DNA of 63,997 bases, counting the filler, from an uncultured bacterium (GTDB lineage: Bacteria; CAYJOG01), in the NCBI GenBank assembly GCA_964371695.1. It is 10 parts of 10 records of this genome, joined end to end, with 100 filler letters (N's around TTAATTAATTAA, not from the genome) between each part and the next. Parts side by side here need not be neighbours in the genome. Positions count along the whole stretch, not along the records: positions 19,970 to 26,517 come from CAYJOG010000173.1; positions 26,618 to 33,155 come from CAYJOG010000174.1; 8 more parts are not named here. The stretch is one strand, 5' to 3'. Below the pieces are notes generated by a model. The model saw nothing but the letters and a program-made list of their open reading frames with translations. It did not search any database and was not told where the DNA came from. This document shows, in pieces, positions 19,970 through 29,654 of the stretch; the stretch's first letter is position 1, and each line of letters starts with the position of its first letter. The position numbers were made by a program, and so were the translations under genes.

Positions 19970-22900
19970 CCGCTGGCCACCGCCGCCTATCTCTGGTACA
20001 CCAACCAAACCACCGACTAACTTTTGGCCAACTGGACAAAAGTCACCATGACCAAGGTGAACACGCCCGTGGATGAATCGGGTTGTGACCACGAAGGGGC
20101 CATCACCGAATTCTCCGGCCAGATTCCCTCCTCCGTCTTTGGCACGGCAGACCATTTCATCCGTTATTACGTGCAGGTGGTGGATGGCCGGGGCAACATG
20201 GCCAGCCAGACACCCGACGCCGAAGCCACCAACATCGCGGTGGGCACCACCGATTTGCAGACCAACCCGTCTCAGGCGGCCAAGGCCCCCGTGGGCAGTC
20301 TGCTGGTGACCGACCCCAGCGGCGACACCAAAGGCAACGTGGGCCAGGGCATCAGCAAGCCGGTGGTGGATTTGTTGGGCATCAACGTGGCGGCGGGCGC
20401 CGAAACGGTGATGATGAACATCAAGATCGGCGGCGGTCCCCCCAGTCAGCCCGACGGCGCGGAGATCGAAGGCTTCATCGGCGCGCTCATCAACGGCGAC
20501 GCAGTGGACTCCGACCCCAACGACGCGCTTTATCCCGATGGCACCTTTGAGTTGTCCACTGCTTTTCAAGAGGTGTTGCCCGACTTGGTGCATGCGGTGT
20601 GGGACGGCAAATGCCTCACCAACGTGGCTCTCACCGGCGGCAGCACCGACGAGTTGCTGAACTGCGACCTTTATGCGGGCGGTGCGGGCACCGGCATGCA
20701 AGAGGTGGACGGTGTGGGGTATGTGAACTGGCTGCTGAAACACAGCGCCGATGGCGTGAGCCTGTTTGGCGCGAACAAAAACGTGGAAATCGTGACCGCC
20801 ACGGGGCAAATCGACATTGGCGCAGCGCCAGGCACCTCCCCATTCTGGATCACCGACTACACGGCGGGTGTGACCTATTACAATGTGCATCAGTCCCGCA
20901 AGGTGACGGGAGATATTCCCCCGCCGCCGCCCTGCTCAGCCCTGGCGGTCACCAAGTCTGACGCGGGCGCCACCAACACCTGCACCGTGGGCTGGAAGAA
21001 CAACAGCGGCAACCCCAACATGCCCGGGGGCGGGGGTTATTTCCTCTTCCGCAGCACCAAGGCCAACGGAGGCACCACTTTTGGGGAGCTTTCGGCGCTC
21101 AATGCGGCGGCCGTTGTGGCCCATGGGGCCGACGGTGCGGACAGCACCTATCCCGACAGCGGTCTGGCCAAAGACGGCGCGAAGTATTACTACTGGTGCA
21201 TGCCCCGTGACAAAGACGGGCGCATGCGTTATCCCGAACCCGGCCCCGCGCCCATCAAGGCCCTGTGTACCCACGCCGACTGCGCCAACTTTCCCGGCAC
21301 CGCGCCGTTTTCTCCGGCCACGTCAGCCATTTCGTGCCAGACCGACGACAGCATCCCTCCCAGCAACCCCACTGAGTTTTCCGCCAGCACACCCACGGGC
21401 GTCACGGAAATCCTGACGGTGCGCTGGAAACCCGGCACGAACGCCAGCGACCCCTCCATGATCAGCGGCGGGTCTTATCGCATTTACCGCGACGATGTGC
21501 TGGTGGGCACCAAACCCTTTGTCGCCAGCGTGGTGGAGTATGAGTTCATCGATCAGAACCTCACCAACAACACGGCCTACAACTACAAAATCATTGCCCG
21601 CGACGTGGGGGCCAACGACAGCGCGGGCGGCCTCACCGGCACCGGCACACCCACCGACCGCCAGCCTCCGCCCAAGCCGAAAAACCTCAATGGTCTGAAC
21701 CAGAGCACCGAGCAGGGGGCCAAGGCCAAGGTCATTTGGGATTACATCAGTGAAGCGGATGAACCGGGCTTCTCGTCTTATGTCGTCTATCGCTGCAAAA
21801 CCTCTGGCCTGACCGATGACCTGGGGAACTGTTCGGACGGCTCCGTGCCGCTCCCGGCAGGCACATGGACACAGATGACCTGCCCCGGCCTGGACCAGCG
21901 GGGCACCGAAACCGCCCCACCCACCTGCACCGACACCACCGTGCTGGTGGATCAAAACTACTGGTATGTTGTGACGGCAAAAGACAATGCCACGGTGCCC
22001 AACGAAAGCACCTTTCCCAGCAGTGCGTTTTCCGCCACGGGTTATCCCTATCGGGCCGTAAAAATCAAGACAAAAGTGTTCCCGGACTTCATCGGCCCCG
22101 GCAAGGTGCGTGAACTGACTGCAGTGGACACCGAAGAAGGTAAAACCTGCGAAGTGTCCTTCAAAATGCCCACGGCCAACAAAGATGCCAGCCCGTTTTG
22201 CGCCAACGGCGGCACGCAGGACTATTGCACCGCCGGTTTGACCAATGTGGTGGGCAACGAAATTGCCCAATATGCCGCCGTGGCGGACAGTGTGCAGCCC
22301 GCCGACACGGGGGTGCCCAGTTGTGGCACGAGTTTGAATGTGGGGAATCTGGCGGCGGCGGAGACCATTCTGAAGTTCAAGTGCAGCGGCCTCACCAACG
22401 GCACGCCTTATAAAATTGATGTCTACGGTGAAGATCAGAAACCCACCAAGGGTGATTTCACGGGCACGGCCGCCAACTGCACACCCACAGACAAACTGGC
22501 CCCCGCTGCTCCCACCGAGGCCGAGGGTCTGGCCTTCACCGAAAGCTCGGTGGCTGTGGGCTGGAAGGCCAGCGCGCCCGAAGCCAATGGTGGCTTTAAG
22601 CTGTATGTGTGTGTGGCCAACCCCGGCGCGGCCTGCACCGCCTTCGCCGCTGTGGATGGACTCACGCTTTCCCCTTGCAGCGGTCTGAACCTGGCCAGCA
22701 AGACCTATTGTTTTGAAGACGGCACCACCTTTGGCGCCACCGAGGGCGCGGCCCAGAAGGTGTTCCATTACAAGGTCACCGCCTTTGACGCGGCTCTGAA
22801 CGAGAGCCTTTTGTCGGAGTCAAATGAAGTGCTGGTGGACTTCTCCATTCCCAGCGCCGACGTGCAGAGTTGTGTGGCCAGTGCCAATGGCGATGCGGGT

Positions 22901-23710
22901 GACTCGGTGGAATGTTCCTGGACCACCTACAACAACACCAAGGGCGCGGCCAATTTGGTGGTGGCCTATGTGAAATGCGAAAGCACCTCGGCCTGCAACA
23001 ACGCCAACACCGCCGTGAACTGGAAGGAATCCACCGAAGTGGCGGTGACGGTCAACACCGGCATCATTGCTGCAGGTGTGATCAAGGACGACGGCTGTTA
23101 TCAGTTCGCCGTGCTGGGCAAGGTGGACGCTGCCAACAAGTCCAATCCCCTCACGGCCAACCGCCTGAACGCCTGCGTGCCCGTGAAAGGCCCTGTTGTG
23201 GTGGTTCCCACCTGCACGACGGGCTGTGTAAAACTGAAGGTAGACCTGCTGGCCATTACCAAACCCACCGGCACTGTGCCGTCGGTGGTGTTCGACCTCA
23301 TGAAAGAAGATGGCAGCGCCACCTGTCTCAAGGCAGCGGCCACCGCCACCAACGGTGAAACCATGGTGGAAGTTGACACAGCCCTCTGCCCCTCCACAGG
23401 CAATGCCAAAATCGTGATCAAGAACATCCCCGCAGGTTATGCCCGCACCACCGCCAATGAATATGTCTGCGAAAAGGCTAAAAAGCTTTCAGACATACTG
23501 GACAAAACCGATGTCACGGTACTCTGCGAACTGGCCACCGGCAAAGACGGTGGCGACGCCAACGGCGACGGCAAAATCAACCTCCAGGATCTGGGTGTGT
23601 TGAAGCCGGAATTCGGTAAAACACCTGATAAAGCAGACTTTAACGGGGACGGCAAAGTGGACTTGAAGGATCTTGGGGTGATCAAGAAATTTTTCAATCT
23701 GAGTATTTAA
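19970..23710 (+). CDS. large Cys-rich extracellular protein with multiple fibronectin type III/Ig-like domains and a C-terminal dockerin (5'-truncated; in-frame TAA at 20018-20020)
   Basis: Repeated FN3 patterns (PP.P..L...V.W...Y.IYR...F.D..L.....Y.Y.V.A.D...N.S); C-terminal GDANGDGKINLQDL / ADFNGDGKVDLKDL. Confidence 0.85.
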
Positions 23711-23751
23711 GAAGCCAAAGTGGGTAAACTCGTTAAACAGGGGAAAACAAC

Positions 23752-24810
23752 ATGACCCAAAAAACCAATTATTTGACCCGCCGTCTTGCCTTTTGGGGGT
23801 GCGGCGCACTGGCTGGGGGGGCTTTTATGGCCCTGCTGGCTGGCCCCGTCAATGCGGCCACCAATGTGCCGGTGAACTGGTCGGTGGACATGAGCTTTTT
23901 CTTCAACAACGAAGCCGCACCGGGTCAGGTGAGTCAGGATCCCCTGGCGCTCACTCTGGGGGCCTCCACCAGCAGTGGCACCACCAAGTTGAAACCCCCT
24001 CTTCCGCCCGGTCTGGCGAAAACCAACAACGCGGGTTATCCGCTGATTGACGCCTATGTCACCGAGGCCGGAAACCGCGTGTTCAACAAAACCGGCCAGA
24101 GTGATGTGGAAGGCCGCAGCGCCTACACCGTCAAGGTCACCGCCGAGCAGGCGGGGGCCGATGTTTCGCTCACCATTGATTGCAGCACGCTTGACCCCGC
24201 CATCACCCTCAATCTGGTGCATGGCCGCACGCTGAAGCGCCAAAAGGTCACCAAAAGCCTTTGCACTGGCCCCAACACCACCATGACCCTCACCGATTTT
24301 TTTGAGGTGCTTGACCCGGCCATTGCCGAGGAAGTGTTTGTGGTGGCAGCGCCCGACGGCGGTGGTTTTGTGGCCAAAAACGCTCAGGGAACCGTGATTG
24401 GTGCATTGACGACTGATAATTTGGGGGGCAGTTTTGATGGGGTGTCGCTCACCATCGGGGGGCAGACAGTCAACGTCGGCGTTGATGGCACATTCTCTGC
24501 CGGGGCCGTGGCCGGATTGCAGGAAGTGGTGATTTCTCGCAAGGGCCACCTGCGCCGCCGCCTGAACCTGAACGTAGATGGCGGCCAACCCCTGGCCATT
24601 CCCAAACTGGCGGGTGGTGACGCCAACAGCGACAACAAAATTGACCTGAAAGACCTGGGTGTGCTCAAGCAGCAGTTCAATGGGGACAACGCCTGCTACG
24701 CAGACCTGCAAAGCACGGCAAGTTGTGGTGATGCCAATGGCGACGGCAAGGTTGACCTGAAAGACCTGGGCGTGCTGAAGCAGAACTACAATCTCAATGG
24801 CGATGCCTGA
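23752..24810 (+). CDS. secreted protein with X-module-like domain plus dockerin
   Basis: Signal peptide ending VNA-A; ISRKGHLRR beta-domain, then GDANSDNKIDLKDL / GDANGDGKVDLKDL. Confidence 0.85.
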   Translation: MTQKTNYLTRRLAFWGCGALAGGAFMALLAGPVNAATNVPVNWSVDMSFFFNNEAAPGQVSQDPLALTLGASTSSGTTKLKPPLPPGLAKTNNAGYPLIDAYVTEAGNRVFNKTGQSDVEGRSAYTVKVTAEQAGADVSLTIDCSTLDPAITLNLVHGRTLKRQKVTKSLCTGPNTTMTLTDFFEVLDPAIAEEVFVVAAPDGGGFVAKNAQGTVIGALTTDNLGGSFDGVSLTIGGQTVNVGVDGTFSAGAVAGLQEVVISRKGHLRRRLNLNVDGGQPLAIPKLAGGDANSDNKIDLKDLGVLKQQFNGDNACYADLQSTASCGDANGDGKVDLKDLGVLKQNYNLNGDA

Positions 24811-24833
24811 TCTGCCGCTTCATTAAAAAAACC

Positions 24834-24860
24834 AAGCGGGGCCTTGTGCCCCGCTTTTTT
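24834..24860 (+). terminator. intrinsic terminator
   Basis: AAGCGGGGC-loop-GCCCCGCTT followed by a T-run after the dockerin genes. Confidence 0.75.
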
Positions 24861-24967
24861 ATTGCCAGTCCACTCAAAGCGATTCGCAGCTTTTCAAGAT
24901 AAAAAAAATTGCAAAGTTTGGGCTCTCAAACTTGATTTCAGCAAACACCTGCGTATAGGATGACAAC

Positions 24968-26517
24968 ATGCTTCGTCATTTCCTCGTCGGGCGCGCCTCG
25001 CGGCCAAGAGTATCTTTGTGCCGCGTTTCCGTTTTCCTGGTGATGGGGGTTTTTCTGTTTGGGGCCTCACACCGGGCACAGGCTGCTGAAACTGCCTGTT
25101 TCCTGGTGGAGTCTGGAACCGATTGCCCCACTGCCACCAACACCATCACGGTCACGCCCAACACGGCGTTTGAAATCCGCGTGGTGTATAACCCAAAAGG
25201 CGGCGCGCAAATATCTGGTCTTACGGTGGATTTTGATTTTCCCGCAGGCATTGGGGACCCCACCTGCACCGACGCCGATGCCTCTTTGCCCAACTTTCTG
25301 GGGGCGATTGAAAAAGCTGCTTCCAATCTCAAGGCCTCCTATTTCAATATTGCTGGCGCCACCAGCGGCACCAGCGCCAAGTTCATGAAGTGTTCCTTTC
25401 CCGGTGGCGCTGATGGTGCAACGGGCAACCTCACCTGGAAAATTGACGGGGCAGGGGGCCCTGCGCAGGCGGTGGACGCCGGAGGCGCACCGCTGCCTTC
25501 CATCCAGTTTGTCAATGCCACCATCAAGATTGAGCAGCCGCCCTGCACCCAGACCACCGGCGCCAGCAGCCTCACAGCCACAGCCAAAAATGTGAGCGGC
25601 GTGGCCACCTGCGACCTGACCTGGACGGCCCCGACGATTGGGCAGGGTCAGTGCCCCCTGACGGCCAATCCTTTCGCCATCACCAAAGACGGTACGCCCC
25701 TCACCGGCAGCCCCTTTGCTGCGGCCACTCTGACCTCCACGGTCAACACCGGTCTGGTGTTTAGCACCACCTATAACTTCAGTCTGGTCACCAGCACCTC
25801 CGGCGGCGCACTGGCAGCCGTGGCCACCACCTGCAAGCCTGAGCAGGGCAGCCCGCCCCAGCTCACATTCACACCTCCCACTTCGGGTCTTAAAGGCTCT
25901 CCCCTCAAGGTGGATGGTTCCTACAGCGACAGCGACAGCAACACCGTGACACCCACTGTGTTCTACCAGTCGGGAGCCAGTGCCCCGGCCACCGCACCCC
26001 TCGGCCGTCAGGCCCAGGCAGCCAATGGAACCTTTTCCGCCACAGTGCCCGGTAGCGCTGTGAATGACGGAGACGACATCAAGTTCATCATCCGTGTGGT
26101 AGATGACATCGGTCTGACCAAGTTCATTCCCACCACCATCACCGATGCAGATATTCCCAATGCCACGCCCACGCCCACCCAACTCACGGCGGCGTTCGCC
26201 AAGGTTTCCTGCACCGGCGCGGGGGCGAACTGTCTGTTGGGTGAGGACATCACCGTGGGCACCGAGCTGGCTTTTGCCGACACCAACGGCGACAGCATCG
26301 GCGATTTCCCCATTCCCAGCGAAATGCCCTTTAACCCTGCCGACAGTAATGAGCCTGACGCCAACCGGCCAGGCCTGGATATTCGTTTTGCCATGAACGC
26401 CCCCAGCCGGGTCACTGCCCGCATTTACACCCTCAATGGCCGTCTGATTCGACAGTTGCCCTCCAGCACCACCTTCTTGCCCAACACATGTGACTTTGAA
26501 CAAGGGTGCAACTGGGA
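24968..26517 (+). CDS. secreted multidomain protein: cohesin-like, FN3, Ig-like and FlgD-Ig-like C-terminal domain (3'-truncated)
   Basis: Signal peptide ending AQA-A; TITVTPNTAFEIRV...ISGLTVDFDF...FMKCSF...VNATIKI cohesin-like pattern; LDIRFAMNAPSRVTARIYTLNGRLIRQL...W. Confidence 0.7.
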
Positions 26518-26617
26518 NNNNNNNNNNNNNNNNNNNNNNNNNNNNNNNNNNNNNNNNNNNNTTAATTAATTAANNNNNNNNNNNNNNNNNNNNNNNNNNN
26601 NNNNNNNNNNNNNNNNN

Positions 26618-27159
26618 ACCTGGGGCAACAACGACGGCCTGCCCTGCACCATCACGTTGCTGCCGGGCCCCACCTCTGGACGAAACGGATCGGGCTTGAC
26701 CCCTTCGCGCACCAGAGATGCCTCCGCTGCGGCCACCTCTTCGCCCGACACGACGGCGGAATCGGTGAGATATTTCTGCTGCACCTCCGGGGCCAGGGCC
26801 AGAAACTCGGCCACCAGGGTCTGGACTTCGGGGGGGATCACTGCGTCGGCAGAGAGCGCCGCAGCGGCGGCGGCCTGGGCCGCATCGGGCGGGGCCACGG
26901 CCCCGGCTGCGCCATCTGCCGCAGGAACCGCGGCCGGTGCGGAACCCGATGCGGGTACGGGCGCGGGAGCAGGCGTAGGAGCAGGTGCAGACACAGTGGC
27001 GGCGGGTTCGTTGGGATTGGCCCCGCGCTGTTTGTTGCCCGCGTTTTTCACGTAGAACAACATGCCCGGCACCACCACCACCAGCAGCACCACATAAAGC
27101 ATGAACTTTTGAGGGCTCTCCTCGCGGATCTGCTTGATCTGTTCCAGCAACTGATTCAT
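26618..27159 (-). CDS. membrane-anchored PilP-like/hypothetical protein (3'-truncated)
   Basis: N-terminal TM, Ala/Pro linker, KPDPFRP motif; directly downstream of the pilO-like gene. Confidence 0.5.
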
Positions 27160-27773
27160 GGGCTGAGCACCCCCGCAGGCGCAGCGGCGGCGGGGTAATC
27201 CGCCACCAGAATGCGCAGGGCGATGGAACCGCTGAGTGTGGGATAACTGGCCTGATTGAGCGACAGCTTCATGGAACTCACCGCAGGCAGGGCGTTGTTG
27301 TCGGCGGCTTCTTTAAAAAGCCAGATCACGTTCTGGAAATTGCCTGAGAACTCAAGATTCACCGGCTGATATTCCCGCACCCGGTCATTGGCGCGCTCCA
27401 GGGCCTTGGCGGGTTTGTCCAGGGGGCTGGTGAGTGTGACACCGCTGTTTTGCACGGCAGTTTCCAGGTTTTGATAAACCCTGATCACGTCTTCGCTGGA
27501 TTTCGCCCTGGGGGCTTCCACCAGTTTGCCCGCGTTGAGTTTTTCCTGAATGCGCTGCACCAACTGGCGCACGTTGTTTTCTTCGGCTTTCAGCAGTTCC
27601 AGTTGTTTTTCCTGTTTGGACCCCTCGCCCCCAGCGTTGCGCAGGGTTTTCCAGTTGGGATAAACCGTGAACAGCACCATCATCGCCAGACACACCAACC
27701 CCATGACAAGGCCCGCCAGCAAGCGCTTGAATGGCGGAGACTGCGTGAGAAAGGCCATCAGGTTTTCCATCAC
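27156..27773 (-). CDS. pilO: type IV pilus PilO / T2SS GspM-like protein
   Basis: TM, coiled coil, ferredoxin-like domain (PVNLEFSGNF); position after pilMN. Confidence 0.7.
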   Translation of the reverse strand: MMENLMAFLTQSPPFKRLLAGLVMGLVCLAMMVLFTVYPNWKTLRNAGGEGSKQEKQLELLKAEENNVRQLVQRIQEKLNAGKLVEAPRAKSSEDVIRVYQNLETAVQNSGVTLTSPLDKPAKALERANDRVREYQPVNLEFSGNFQNVIWLFKEAADNNALPAVSSMKLSLNQASYPTLSGSIALRILVADYPAAAAPAGVLSP

Positions 27774-29305
27774 TCCGGCTCCTTCACTTTCAGCAAGGCC
27801 GTGATGGTGAACTTGCGAATGGGGGTGGGATCGCCCTCAAAAAGCGGCTGGTCTTCGGTGCCCTGGCTGCTCACCTGCTCCAGNNNNNNNNNNGGGCTGG
27901 CTTTGAGGTTTTCCTCAAGCCGGTAAAGCACACCCGGAGAGGTGGTGAGCCCCACAAAAATGATAGTGCGGTTGTCGCGTGAATATTTGATTTCCTGCAA
28001 CCAGGTGCGTTCGGGAAACAGGTTGGTGAGTTCGTAGACAAACCGGGGCCAGTCGGTGCCGCCGGTGATTTTGGGGGCCGAGCGGGTTTTTTGTGTGAGA
28101 TAACGCAGGGTGTTTTCCAGCACGGGTTTTTTCAGGGCCAGGGCGCTGAGGGTGGCCAACTGGACCTGGGTGTCGTTCTGCGCCTGGGTCACCTTGGCCG
28201 CCCGGCCCCTGAGTACAAACCCCAGCACCAGCGGCAACACCACCGCCGCAGCCACGGGCGAAAGCATATAAATGGCGCTTCTGATCAGTTCCCTTTTCTG
28301 AAAAACCTGCTGGTTGAACACGTTCAGCGGCAGGGTTTCGGGGCACACGGCAAACAGGGCCGCCCCCATGGCCTGGGTGAACAACCAGGGGTCCACACCG
28401 GCTTCTTCCAGCTCTGCCAGATTGGCCACCCCCAGGGCAAAAAACGGGTCCACCACCTCTACCGACAGGCCCATTTGCTCCGACAAAATGCCCGCCAGTT
28501 GCCCAGGCACATAACTGCGGGCCAGCAGATGCACCGTGGGTTCAAAAGACTGATCGGTGAACGTGGTGTAGAGGTAACGCACCGTGCGCACGGTTTCGTC
28601 CAGAAAATCCTCTTCGGTGGCGGTCAGGCCCTGGCCCATGCCCCGCTCCTCTGCGCTCTGGGCCAGGGCGGTGGCACCGATTTCAAAGGCCCGGATAAAC
28701 CGCACGGAACCGGCCTGAAGATTCACCACCTGGGTCACGCCGTCTTCCACCAGCAACACCACCTGACCCCGATCCTGGGGCGGGCGGGTCCACAGATAAA
28801 GCCTGAGCAACGACAACAGGGCGCTTTCCAGCACCGCGCCCTTGGGGTTGACCGCAGCGACGGCCTCTTGCCAGGGGTGGGTTTTTTCTTCGTTGATGGC
28901 CAGTTCCAGCACGGTTTCTTCCATCACGTCCACTTTTTGGGAGACACCGGTGGCGCGGTAATCCAGGGCGATGGTCTTGCCCTCCATGGGCTTGAACTCC
29001 ATCACCTCGGCCTCCAGGGCCTGTTGCAGCGCCTTGGGGGGCAGGTCGCGGGCGGCGGTGGTGCGGGTGATCACGTCAGGGCCTTCCAGGCTCACGGCAA
29101 TGGTGTCGGCATCCAATCCAGGCCCCAGGTGGTTTTGCAGCAAACCCGCCAGTTGCCCCTCGGCCCACTCACCGGTTTCGGTCATGGCGCCTTCGGGCAC
29201 CGGACCATAAGAGAGGTTCATGGACTGCACCTCGTCGCCGAAATAAACGGCTTCGGCGCACAGCAGGTAGCCGCCCTTCACATCCAGGCCAAAGCACCTA
29301 GGCAT
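27770..29305 (-). CDS. fused PilM-PilN type IV pilus alignment protein
   Basis: Actin-like PilM portion (FGLD..., FIRAFEIG, VEVVDPF, AMGAAL), then LN.F-TM-coiled coil-PERTWLQEI PilN portion. Confidence 0.75.
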   Translation of the reverse strand: MPRCFGLDVKGGYLLCAEAVYFGDEVQSMNLSYGPVPEGAMTETGEWAEGQLAGLLQNHLGPGLDADTIAVSLEGPDVITRTTAARDLPPKALQQALEAEVMEFKPMEGKTIALDYRATGVSQKVDVMEETVLELAINEEKTHPWQEAVAAVNPKGAVLESALLSLLRLYLWTRPPQDRGQVVLLVEDGVTQVVNLQAGSVRFIRAFEIGATALAQSAEERGMGQGLTATEEDFLDETVRTVRYLYTTFTDQSFEPTVHLLARSYVPGQLAGILSEQMGLSVEVVDPFFALGVANLAELEEAGVDPWLFTQAMGAALFAVCPETLPLNVFNQQVFQKRELIRSAIYMLSPVAAAVVLPLVLGFVLRGRAAKVTQAQNDTQVQLATLSALALKKPVLENTLRYLTQKTRSAPKITGGTDWPRFVYELTNLFPERTWLQEIKYSRDNRTIIFVGLTTSPGVLYRLEENLKASXXXXLEQVSSQGTEDQPLFEGDPTPIRKFTITALLKVKEPE

Positions 29306-29654
29306 AGGCCACCCCTTGGCGGCCGCAGCACACCAGAACTGTCAAGGCAGAAATCATCCCACTCTTAACATCCGCGGGAGAAGGTGGAATTCGCACGGAA
29401 TGAACAGTTTACGCGCAGGCAAAGCTCCCCTCAAGGGACTTTGAACAAACCCCTTTATAGGGATACCCATGAAATGCCCTGAATAACAGGCGGGTTGCCA
29501 CCTAAAATTTTAATTCGAGACTGTTTGCTATGAAACAAACAGCCGATTTGTTCAACACTGGTTTCATCGCCGGGGGGCGTCATAATACGCTTCCCGCCTC
29601 TGGCGCGGCGCTGTTTTTTGCCTAAAAACCCAGAGCCACTGGAAAGGAACTGTT

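Noticed and set aside
19970-26517. Calling the cohesin/dockerin cluster a cellulosome
   Set aside because: No recognisable glycoside hydrolase, CBM3 or tandem cohesin scaffoldin on the contig.
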